A DNA stretch of 64,000 nucleotides. Source: Phyllobates terribilis (taxonomy: Eukaryota). Under the pieces are notes generated by a model. That model had not been told where the DNA came from. It worked only from the letters and a program-made list of their open reading frames with translations, and ran no database searches. The position numbers and the translations under genes are program-made. Position 1 is the first letter of the stretch; the number at the start of each line of letters is the position of its first letter. The stretch covers positions 311,488,001-311,552,000 of the forward strand of contig NW_027362772.1 of NCBI RefSeq assembly GCF_046119375.1, written 5' to 3'. This document shows, piece by piece, positions 26,105 through 37,011 of the stretch.

Positions 26105-26985
26105 AGTAGAGGATGGTGGGGGTGATAGTGCACTGTGGTGTCAGTAGATGGTGGGGGTGATAGTGCACTGTGGTGTCAGTAGATGGTGGGGGTGATAGTG
26201 CAGTGGGGGCTCGATAGAGGATGGTGGGGGCGATAGTGGTGTCAGTAGATGGTGGAGGTGATAGTGCACTGTGGTGTCAGTAGATGGTGGGGGTGATAGT
26301 GCACTGTGAGGGCTCGGTAGGGGATGGTGGGGGTGATAGTGCACTGTGGGGGCTCGGTAGAGGATGGTGGGGGCTCGGTAGAGGATGGTGGGGGTGACAG
26401 TGCACTGTGGGGGCTCGGTAGAGGATGGTGGGGGCTCGGTAGAGGATGGTGGGGGTGACAGTGCACTGTGGGGGCTCGGTAGAGGATGGTGGGGGTGACA
26501 GTGCACTGTGGGGGCTCGGTAGAGGATGGTGGGGGTGACAGTGCACTGTGGGGGCTCGGTAGAGGATGGTGGGGGTGATAGTGCACTGTGGGGGCTCGGT
26601 AGACGATGGTGGGGGTGACAGTACACTGTGGGGGCTCGGTAGAGGATGCTGGGGGTGATAGTGCACTGTGGGGGCTCGGTAGAGGATGCTGGGGGTGACG
26701 GTGCACTGTGGGGGCTCGGTAGAGGATGGTGGGGTTGATAGTGTACTGTGGGGGCTCGGTAGAGGATGCTGGGGGTGATAGTGCACTGTGGGGGCTCGGT
26801 AGAGGATGCTGGGGGTGACGGTGCACTGTGGGGGCTCGGTAGAGGATGCTGGGGGTGATAGTGCACGGTGGGGGCTCGGTAGACGATGGTGGGGGTGATA
26901 GTGCACTGTGGGGGCTCGGTAGAGGATGGTGGGGGTGACAGTGCACTGTGGGGGCTCGGTAGACGATGGTGGGGGTGATAGTGCC
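26105..26985. repeat. 40-bp minisatellite in the putative 5'UTR intron of the photolyase
   Basis: Unit gtgcactgtgggggctcggtagaggatggtgggggtgaca; bounded on the minus strand by an acceptor just before CACC-ATG (26071) and a donor CAG|GTACC at 26990. Confidence 0.9.
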
Positions 26986-27014
26986 GGTACCTGCTTTCTC
27001 CTCTCTGGGTCTCG

Positions 27015-27046
27015 GTTACATCACGCTTTAAGAAAAGTTACACAAC
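27015..27046 (-). promoter_or_regulatory. Two D-box-like (PAR bZIP) elements at the photolyase 5' end
   Basis: GTGATGTAAC (27024-27015) and GTTGTGTAAC (27046-27037), 22 bp apart, next to the putative non-coding first exon. Confidence 0.55.
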
Positions 27047-28082
27047 GTTCCATGTGGGGGAGGAGCTACAGCCGGAAAGACCAATGAGAACGAGCCACTC
27101 TGGCCACACCCACAGCTAGTAACCCTGTACATCCTGTATTGGGAGCAAGTGATGGGATCGTAGAACTGATGTCGGCCGATGTGATCGCTGTCGGCCACGG
27201 ACGAGAACATTCTCCGTCCTTGTATTGTATTCCGTGTCCGTCCTGTAAAGTATTCTCAGACCATACTGGGGGCGAAGCCTGATGGATCAAATACCCGGAA
27301 GTGAGCGGTGCCCCCGACACCCAGGACCGGGTCATCGCTCGTCATCACACCGATCGTCCATGCTTCCAGCTTTTACATTGTGTCCGTGAAAAACATTGTC
27401 TCTGATTTTTTATAAGATTTCCAGAAACAGGAAAAAATCAAGCTGGTGACCAAATTCCATCATGACTCCCCCCCACCATTGGCGCTCGGACGGTTGTCCT
27501 CCGGGACATCAGACCGGGATCACACCGAGGTTTACGGAGATGATCATCAAATCTTGGAAAAGTTCCTATTCATTTCTATGGGAAACACTTGGTGGAAAAA
27601 ACAAAGTGCAGGTGACTAGAGAAGAGGATCCCGCTGGAATCTGCTCCACGCTGGGCGCCGTCCAATCAGAAGGCTGCAAAAAAACACGCTTCATGGAAAG
27701 AAAAACTCCCCAAAAAAGGAAAAACTCCTCTGATTTATCCTCAGTGTGAACATGGCCTTATTCGCTTCATAAACTGTCACCGCGCGGCGTGTCTATGTGA
27801 CACCTCTCAGGGGAGGCTCTGAGGACGCCCGTCACCCCCCATCTACAGCCCCGCGGCCCTGAGCGAGGCACGACCCCTGCGACCCTATCTATTCCAAGAC
27901 CGCGGACAATCAGCCGCCGCTCCCGTCTCATCTCTGGCATCAATCGGCCCCATTACCTCTAGAGGCAAACTTCGTGTTCTGTGCAGGGGTCTCTCCCGGG
28001 GGTGTCCCTGCCCCAACCCCATCTGTTGTGCTGCTGTACTGACGAGGTCAGGACCCCAGCCGGTCCGTGCATCTGGCCATCC

Positions 28083-29400
28083 TGAGACCCCGACACATGG
28101 ATGTGTGACCCCGGCCATACTCTGACCCCCAACACATGGATGTCTGACCTCGGCCATACTCTGACCCCCGACACATGGATGTGTGACCCTGGCCATACTC
28201 TGACCCCCGACACATGGATGTCTGACCTCGGCCATACTCTGACCCCCGACACATGGATGTGTGACCCTGGCCATACTCTGACCCCTGACACATGGATGTC
28301 TGACCTCGGCCATACTCTGACCCCCGACACATGGATGTGTGACCCCGGCCATACTCTGACCCTCGACAAATGGATGTGTGACCCTGGCCATACTCTGACC
28401 CCCGACACATGGATGTGTGACCCCGGCCATACTCTGACCCCCGACAAATGGATGTGTGACCCCGGCCATACTCTGACCCTCGACAAATGGATGTGTGACC
28501 CTGGCCATACTCTGACCCCCGACACATGGATATGTGACCCCGGCCATACTCTGACCCCCGACACATGGATGTGTGACCACGGTGATACTGACCCCGACAC
28601 ATGGATGTGTGACCACGGCCATACTCTGACCCCTGACACATGGATGTGTGATCCCGGCCATACTCTGACCCTGACACATGGATGTGTGATCCCGCTGTAC
28701 TCTGACCCTGACACATGGATGTGTGACCCCGGCCATACTCTGACCCCCGACACATGGATGTGTGACCTCGGCCATACTCTGACCCCCGACACATGGATGT
28801 GTGACCTCGGCCATACTCTGACCCCCGACACATGGATGTGTGACCCTGGCCATACTCTGACCCCCGACACATGGATGTGTGATCCCGGCCATACTCTGAC
28901 CCCCGACACATGGATATGTGACCCCGGCCATACTCTGACCCTGACACATGGATGTGTGACCCCGGCCATACTCTGACCCCCGACACATGGATGTGTGACC
29001 CCGGCCATACTCTGACCCCCGACACATGGATGTGTGACCCCGGCCATACTCTGACCCCCGACACATGGATGTTTGACCCCCGGCCATACTCTCACCCCAG
29101 ACACATGGATGTGTGACCCCGGCCATAGTCTGTACCCAGACACATGGATGTGTGACCCCGGCCATACTCTGACCCCCGACACATGGATGTTTGACCCCCG
29201 GCCATACTCTCACCCCAGACACATGGATGTGTGACCACGGCCATACTCTGAGCCCCTGACACATGGATGTGTGACCACGGCCATACTCTGACCCTGACAC
29301 ATGGATGTGTGACCACGGCCATACTGACCCCCGACACATGGATGTGTGACCCCGGCCATACACTGACCCCTGACACATGGATGTGTGACCCCGGCCATAC
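28083..29400. repeat. 39-bp minisatellite with an internal ACACAT-GG-ATGTGT palindrome
   Basis: Unit ctgacccccgacacatggatgtgtgaccccggccatact, ~33 copies. Confidence 0.95.
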
Positions 29401-30174
29401 TATGACCTACAGGAATTGCTGTTATAATGAGGCCTGGATACCATGTTGATGCCGGACTGTGCACAGATTGGACTCTGCTGTGATTTTCACCGATCCGTAG
29501 ACTTGTGAGTCTGATCCCTGATTTTTTGCAGACACATGAACGGCCCCTTAGATTATGATGGGAACCTGTTCTAGCTGTGAGAATCGCAGAACACATACTG
29601 CGCGTGACTCAGTGTGAACGAGGCCCTGTTGGGTAACGTAAACGAGCGCCGCTCCGTCCTACATAATCGCATCCATATCTCACTCGGCTTCACGACTGCA
29701 CCAGTAACGTCTTCGCTTTCCAAGGATCAGATCTGATTTCTGCTCTAATTTATCTTGAAATTGCAGCAAACAATCCAGGACTTTGTGAAACCAAAATGTC
29801 GCCCCAAGAAATGCATCAGACGGTGCGATCCTGCAGCTCCGCGCATCGGGGGCTTCTTGTAGGATCTGAGGATCGGTGAATATTAAAGGGAACCTGTCAC
29901 GTCCTGTGTGCTATATACACTTTGTTAGTGATGTAATGTGCAATGTGCGTCACTAACGAGCTGTTTTCACTTAAATCAGTGGTGGTAGAATGATTTTATA
30001 ACATTATATACACTTTGTCCTTCCTGCTCGTATTCAGTCATAGGGGTGTGATCCTGCCATTCAGTCAGTGGTGGGCGCCGCATTCAGTCACTGCTGGTGC
30101 CGCGCACGTATTTGAATACTGGTCCCGGCAAGCGCTGATATTACTGTGGCCCGCATGCGCATTTCTACATGTCC

Positions 30175-30310
30175 GGCTGCTGGTCCGGCGCCTGCGCAGT
30201 GAGGCTGTGTGGTTTCCAGCTTGACTGCGCTATGACCAGTGGATCCCCGTGCGTGCGCAGTGAAGCTGGAAACCACACAGCCTCACTGCGCAGGCGCCGG
30301 ACCAGCAGCC
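30175..30310. repeat. Perfect 48-bp inverted repeat (hairpin)
   Basis: 30175-30222 is the exact reverse complement of 30263-30310. Confidence 0.95.
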
Positions 30311-31735
30311 GTGTCTGCCCCAGCGGCCGTGCCTGCCTCCCCGCTGTGTCTGCCCCCCGCACCGTGTCTGCCCCCCGCGCCGTGCCTGCCTCCCCGCTGT
30401 GTCTGCCCCCCCGCTGTGTCTGCCCCCGCGCTGTGCCTGCCTCCCCGCTGTGTCTGCCCCCCGCACCGTGTCTGCCCCCCGCGCCGTGCCTGCCCCCCCG
30501 CTGTGTCTGCCCCCCCGCTGTGTCTGCCCCCGCGCTGTGCCTGCCTCCCCGCTGTGTCTGCCCCCCGCACTGTGTCTGCCCCCCGCGCCGTGTCTGCCCT
30601 CTCGCCGTGTCTGCCCCACGCGCCGTGTCTGCCCTCTCGCCGTGTCTGCCCCCCGCGCCGTGTCTGCCCTCTCGCCGTGTCTGCCCCCTTGCCGTGTCTG
30701 CCCCCCCCGCACCGTGTCTGCCCTCTCGCCGTGTCTGCCCCCGCACCGTGTCTGCCCCCGCGCCGTGTCTGCCCTCTCGCCGTGTCTGCCCTCTCGCCGT
30801 GTCTGCCCTCTCGCCGTGTCTGCCACCCGCGCCGTGTCTGCCCCCCGCGCCGTGTCTGCCCTCTCGCCGTGTCTGCCCCCGTGCCGTGTCTGCCCCCGCG
30901 CCGTGTCTGCCCTCTCGCCGTGTCTGCCCCCGCGCCGTGTCTGCCCCCTCGCCGTGTCTGCCCCCGCACCGTGTCTGCCCTCTCGCCGTGTCTGCCACCC
31001 GCGCCGTGTCTGCCCCCGCGCCGTGTCTGCCCCCCGCGCCGTGTCTGCCCTCTCGCCATGTCTGCCCCCCGCGCCGTGTCTGCCCTCTCGCCGTATCTGC
31101 CCCCGCGTCATGTCAGCCCCTGCACCGTGTCTGCCCCCTGCACCGTGTCTGCCCTTCGCGCCGTGTCTGCCCTCCGCGCCGTGTCTGCCACCCGCGCCGT
31201 GTCTGTCCTCTCGCCGTGTTTGCCCTCTTCCCGTGTCTGCCCCCTCGCCGTGTCTGCCCCATCGCCATGTCTGCCCCCCCGCACCGTGTCTGCCTTCTCG
31301 CCGTGTTTGCCCCCCCGCACTGTCTGCCCTCTCGCCGTGTCTGCCCCCCGCACCGTGTCTGCCCTCTCGCCGTATCTGCCACCCGCGCCGTGTCTGCCCC
31401 CGCGCCGTGTCTGCCCCCCGCGCCGTGTCTGCCCCCGCGCCGTGTCTGCCCCCCGCGCCGTGTCTGCCCCCGCGTCATGTCTGCCCCCGCGTCATGTCTG
31501 CCCCCCCGCACCGTGTCTGCCCCCTGCACCGTGTCTGCCCTCTCGCCGTGTCTGCCCCCTGCACCGTGTCTGCCCTCTCGCCTTGTCTGCCCCCCGCACC
31601 GTGTCTGCCCCCTCGCCGTGTCTGCCCCCCGCACCGTGTCTGCCCTCTCGCCGTGTCTGCCCCCCCGCACCGTGTCTGCCCCCCGCGCCATGTCTGCCCC
31701 CCGCACCCTGTCTGCCCCCCGCACCGTGTCTGCTG
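30305..31735. repeat. ~18-21-bp C-rich minisatellite (core cgtgtctgccc)
   Basis: Tandem array starting directly at the right arm of the hairpin. Confidence 0.95.
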
Positions 31736-32469
31736 CACTGAATCTGCTGCTGTGATGTGTTAGTACTTTGATTGACAGCTCAGTCGTCCCGTCTGGTGCT
31801 AAGCTGCCGGTGTTTTGAGTGACAGCTCGGCCGTCCAATCTGGGACTGAGAGGTGCTGAGCTCCTTCAGTTGTTCCCTGTTCCAGGTGATTGTCCAGCTA
31901 CTTAGCGGAGCTGTCTGTCTCAGATGGCTGCCAGTCGTAGCTCAGAGTGGTTTCTCCTCTGTGCCAGATCCTGGATTCACCTATTGATCACCCCTTTGTG
32001 TTACCCCTTTTGTCTTCACATGCTCGGACTCTGGGCTGTGACCTGACTGCGCCTCCTGTCTCACCCCTTGTATATGACGCCCTCTTGGTATCTGACCCCG
32101 GACCTCTTGATGACCCAGGTCTCTTGGCTTGTCTGTCAGTATTCAGCACGAGCTTCTGGACTTGGTTGATAAATCTCACACAGTAGTAATGGGTGTCCTG
32201 GGAGGGGCCGGCAGTGTGCAGGGGCCCGGCTGTACATGTGAGCAGGAGGAAGGACGTTGTGGGAATTTGTACCTCCCCGCAGACACTTCCTCCTGAGCCT
32301 CCTCCTCCTCCTCCTGAGCCTGGGCCTCCTCCTCCTGAGCCTGGGCCTCCTCCGCCTCCTGATCACAACCCTTCCAGCCTTGGGGAGAATGACGGCAAAC
32401 ACTAAGGATTCCTAAGCAACAGGTAACAAACCTGTTCTGCGGTGCCAGATGGGCAGCACTGGGTATACC

Positions 32470-32750
32470 GTGGGGTACAGACGGGCAGGACGGGACAGGC
32501 TGCAGGGCACAGGCTGGCAGGACGGGACGGGCTGCAGGGCACAGATGGGCAGGACTGGACACGCTGCAGGGTACAGGCGGGCAGGATGGGACAGGCTGCA
32601 GGGCACAAGCTGGCAGGACGGGACGGGCTGCAGGGCACAGATGGGCAGGACTGGACACGCTGCAGGGTACAGGCGGGCAGGATGGGACAGGCTGCAGGGC
32701 ACAGGCGGGCAGGACATGAAGGGCAGGACGGGACAGGCTGCAGGGCACAG
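32470..32750. repeat. Short ~32-bp degenerate tandem repeat (gggcaggacgggacaggctgcagggcaca-like)
   Basis: About 9 related units, including a 96-bp duplicated block. Confidence 0.8.
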
Positions 32751-32899
32751 ACTATGTGCAATATATTGATGATAGGACAGTATTATGCCATTACCGTATA
32801 TCTGAATCTCCTGTATTCGCACACATCAGCTCTGTATCTGTGGGGTGATGTGACCCAGAGCCATAGGGGTTCTGTCTGGCAGCATGGGTGTCGTAGGAA

Positions 32900-34420
32900 A
32901 TCTGGGTGAGTCACCCTGCTGGTACAGTGTCGCTGCATATTCCCTCGTAAAGGCCTCTGCCTGGCGTTAGCCCCGTGGTCTCCAGACCAATCTTCGGCTA
33001 TCACTGCGTCCAAGAAAAAAGCTGGACTCCATGCTGAAAAGGACAGACCTCCATTCCAGCCTCCACTGCTCCAGTCCATCCTCTAGTCTTCACCCGGAGA
33101 CCACTTAGGCAGCACCATGAAGAGACCTTCATGAGGGAACGTCACACTGGTCCTATCCCCAGGATTATGGTGTGGGGGATAATGTACCCGGTAGCCGGAC
33201 GCCTCTAGTCTCCATTCCTGGTCACTAACAGCTCAGGCGTTCCAGTGATTTGTTGGAGGAACAAGGGGTGCTACTATTTCTCTAAAGGCTCCCAGGAGCC
33301 ATTTTTCCACATGACACCCCCTCGTATTATTGCGAGCCTCCTGCGTAGCTTGAATGTGCTCCGGTGGCTGCAGAGTCTCCAGACTTGTCTCCATCGAGCA
33401 CATCGGGGACGTCATTGGTCGGTGATCACACAGGAGCTGCCGGCAGCGTCTCCGGACTTGTCTCCATCGAGCACATCGGGGACGTCATTGGTCGGTGATC
33501 ACACAGGAGCTGCCGGCAGCGTCTCCGGACTTGTCTCCATCGAGCACATCGGGGACGTCATTGGTCGGTGATTACACAGGAGCTGCCGGCAGCGTCTCCG
33601 GACTTGTCTCCATCGAGCACATCGGGGACGTCATTGGTCGGTGATCACACAGGAGCTGCCGGCAACGTCTCCGGACTTGTCTCCATCGAGCACATCGGGG
33701 ACGTCATTGGTCGGTGATCACACAGGAGTTGCCGGCAGCGTCTCCGGACTTGTCTCCATCGAGCACATCGGGGACGTCATTGGTCGGTGATCACATAGGA
33801 GCTGCCGGCAGCATCTCCAGACTTGTCTCCATCGAGCACATCGGGGACGTCATTGGTCGGTGATCACACAGGAGCTGCCGGCAGCGTCTCCGGACTTGTC
33901 TCCATCGAGCACATCGGGGACGTCATTGGTCGGTGATCACACAGGAGCTGCCGGCAGCGTCTCCGGACTTGTCTCCATCGAGCACATCGGGGACGTCATT
34001 GGTCGGTGATCACACAGGAGTTGCCGGCAACGTCTCCGGACTTGTCTCCATCGAGCACATCGGGGACGTCATTGGTCGGTGATCACACAGGAGTTGCCGG
34101 CAGCGTCTCCGGACTTGTCTCCATCGAGCACATCGGGGACGTCATTGGTCGGTGATCACACAGGAGCTGCCGGCAGCGTCTCCGGACTTGTCTCCATCGA
34201 GCACATCGGGGACGTCATTGGTCGGTGATCACACAGGAGCTGCCGGCAGCGTCTCCGGACTTATCTCCATCGAGCACATCGGGGACGTCATTGGTCGGTG
34301 ATCACACAGGAGCTGTCGGCAGCGTCTCCGGACTTGTCTCCATCGAGCACATTGGGGACGTCATTGGTCAGTGATCACACAGGAGCTGCCGGCAGCGGAT
34401 CCTGATGATTTGTACATTTA
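32900..34420 (+). mobile_element. Degenerate Tc1/mariner transposase remnant with an internal 73-bp tandem expansion
   Basis: Frameshifted IMVWG (33169-33183), LPGAIF, LNVL(P)W and SPDLSPIEHI(W)DVIGR motifs; the last is repeated 14 times at 33375-34396. Confidence 0.75.
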
Positions 34421-34770
34421 GTGGCAGAACCTTCTTCAGACGACCATTAATGACCTCAGTGACAGCAGCCGAGGCCGGAGGTGCCGGGATTTCTGCACGA
34501 GGCTCAGACTCCGGACTGGAGAATCCAGATGTATAGGACATTTACCTTCCATTTTCCATCAGTTGCAGATCAGTCTCCGTCCTGTGATCTCCATCATTCA
34601 CCACTTGTAGATCACGAATATCACAGCACAATAGTAAATATTTCCTCACTTGCTTCTTGGTCTGAATGAAATTTTGCTTTTCATTTTCCAGAAAAATTTC
34701 CATACGTAATCGGACCGGAAGATAACAGCAAGAGGAATGTCTGGTAAGATACTATGAATCCATTGTACTC

Positions 34771-35802
34771 CTGCAGTCCTATGTAACACCACAGAAAACA
34801 CAGTAATAACTCGCTGAGTACAGATAATGTAGTAGATGTCACCTGCAGTCCTATGTAACACCACAGATAACACAGTGATATCTCTCTGAGTACAGATAAT
34901 GTAGTAGATGTCACCTGCAGTCCTATGTAACACCACAGATAACACAGTGATAACTCTCTGAGTACAGATAATGTAGTAGATGTCACCTGCAGTCCTATGT
35001 AACACCACAGATAACACAGTGATAACTCTCTGAGTACAGATAATGGACTAGATGTCACCTGCAGTCCTATGTAACACCACAGATAACACAGTGATAACGC
35101 TCTGAGTACAGATAACATAGTAGATGTCACCTGCAGTCCTATGTAACACCACAGATAACACAGTGATAACTCTCTGAGTACAGATAATGTAGTAGATGTC
35201 ACCTGCAGTCCTATGTAACACCACAGATAACACAGTGATAACTCTCTGACTACAGATAATGTAGTAGATGTCACTTGCAGTCCTATGTAACACCACAGAT
35301 AACACAGTGATCACTCTCTGAGTACAGATAATGTAGTAGATGTCACCTGCAGTCCTATGTAACAGCACAGATAACACAGTGATAACTCTCTGAGTACAGA
35401 TAATGTAGTAGATGTCACCTGCAGTCCTATGTAACACCACAGATAACACAGTGATAACTCTCTGAGTACAGATAATGTAGTAGATGTCACCTGCAGTCCT
35501 ATGTAACACCACAGATAACACAGTGATAACTCTCTGAGTACAGATAATGTAGTAGATGTCACCTGCAGTCCTATGTAACACCACAGATAACACAGTGATA
35601 ACTCTCTGAGTACAGATAATGTAGTAGATGTCACCTGCAGTCCTATGTAACACCACAGATAACACAGTGATAACTCTCTGAGTACAGATAATGTAGTAGA
35701 TGTCACCTGCAGTCCTATGTAACACCACAGATAACACAGTGATAACTCTCTGAGTACAGATAATGTAGTAGATGTCACCTGCAGTCCTATGTAACACCAC
35801 AG
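34771..35802. repeat. 72-bp minisatellite
   Basis: Unit ctgcagtcctatgtaacaccacagataacacagtgataactctctgagtacagataatgtagtagatgtcac, ~14 copies. Confidence 0.96.
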
Positions 35803-37011
35803 GTAACTCAGCAGTTTTCATCTTCAGTTCTGCAGTTACACTGTGTGCTGTAATCTTACTTCTGTTCTGATATTACAGGTAAGTCATGAGTGTAATTATC
35901 CGGCGTCTTCAGGACTTTCCTGTTCTGGCGCAGAGATTAATGTTTCCTGCCTGACATTTATTTTTACCTGCGGATGATTCAGAATCTTCCCTCAGTGATA
36001 ATGTCACGTGTGGATGTAAAGCGTCAGTACAATGGTGAGGAAGAGCAGTGATAGGATAATGGCTGCTGGAAGAGCTACTCACTCCCCTCAGTATTAGAGC
36101 TCGTACTGAACAGAAAGGAAAAACAGCAGGTAGCCGATATGAAAACAGGACCCAAACCTGGGAAACTCAGTCCTAAAGGCTGAACTATACTCCAGAGCAG
36201 CACTCACTATTCTGCTGGTGCAGTCACTGTGTACATACATTACATTACTGATCCTGAGTTACATCCTGTATTATACTCCAGAGCAGCACTCACTATTCTG
36301 CTGGTGCAGTCACTGTGTACATACATTACATTACTGATCCTGAGTTACATCCTGTATTATACCCCAGAGCTGCACTCACTATTCTGCTGGTGCAGTCACT
36401 GTATACATACATTACATTACTGATCGTGAGTTACATCCTGTATTATACCCCAGAGCTGCACTCACTATTCTGCTGGTGCAGTCACTGTATACATACATTA
36501 CATTACTGATCCTGAGTTACATCCTGTATTATACTCCAGAGCTGCACTCACTGTTCTGCTCGTGCAGTCACTGTGTACATACATTACATTACTGATCCTG
36601 AGTTACATCCTGTATTATACCCCAGAGCTGCACTCACTATTCTGCTGGTGCAGTCACTGTATACATACATTACATTACTGATCGTGAGTTACATCCTGTA
36701 TTATACTCCAGAGCTGCACTCACTGTTCTGCTCGTGCAGTCACTGTGTACATACATTACATTACTGATCCTGAGTTACATCCTGTATTATACCCCAGAGC
36801 TGCACTCACTATTCTGCTGGTATAGTCACTGTGTACATACATTACATTACTGATCCTGAGTTACATCCTGTATTATACCCCAGAGCTGCACTCACTATTC
36901 TGCTGGTGCAGTCAGTGTGTACATACATTACATTACTGATCCTGAGTTACATCCTGTATTATACTCCAGAGCTGCACTCGTTATTCTGCTGGTGCAGTCA
37001 GTGTGTACATA

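Noticed and set aside
7001-31838. Many repetitive ORFs ([11 protein letters not shown].., APAAPGRLS.., GGEGSGVY.., REAKEGAR.., PCLPP..)
   Set aside because: All coincide with tandem arrays, appear on both strands and show no domain signal.
32193-32405. Proline-rich 70-aa ORF as a TIRAP upstream coding exon
   Set aside because: The prolines come from a short CCTCCTGAG repeat, it ends in a stop before the nearby donor-like site, and it has no resemblance to TIRAP.
33375-34396. CRISPR-like regular repeat
   Set aside because: There are no unique spacers or cas genes; it is a eukaryotic Tc1-derived tandem repeat.
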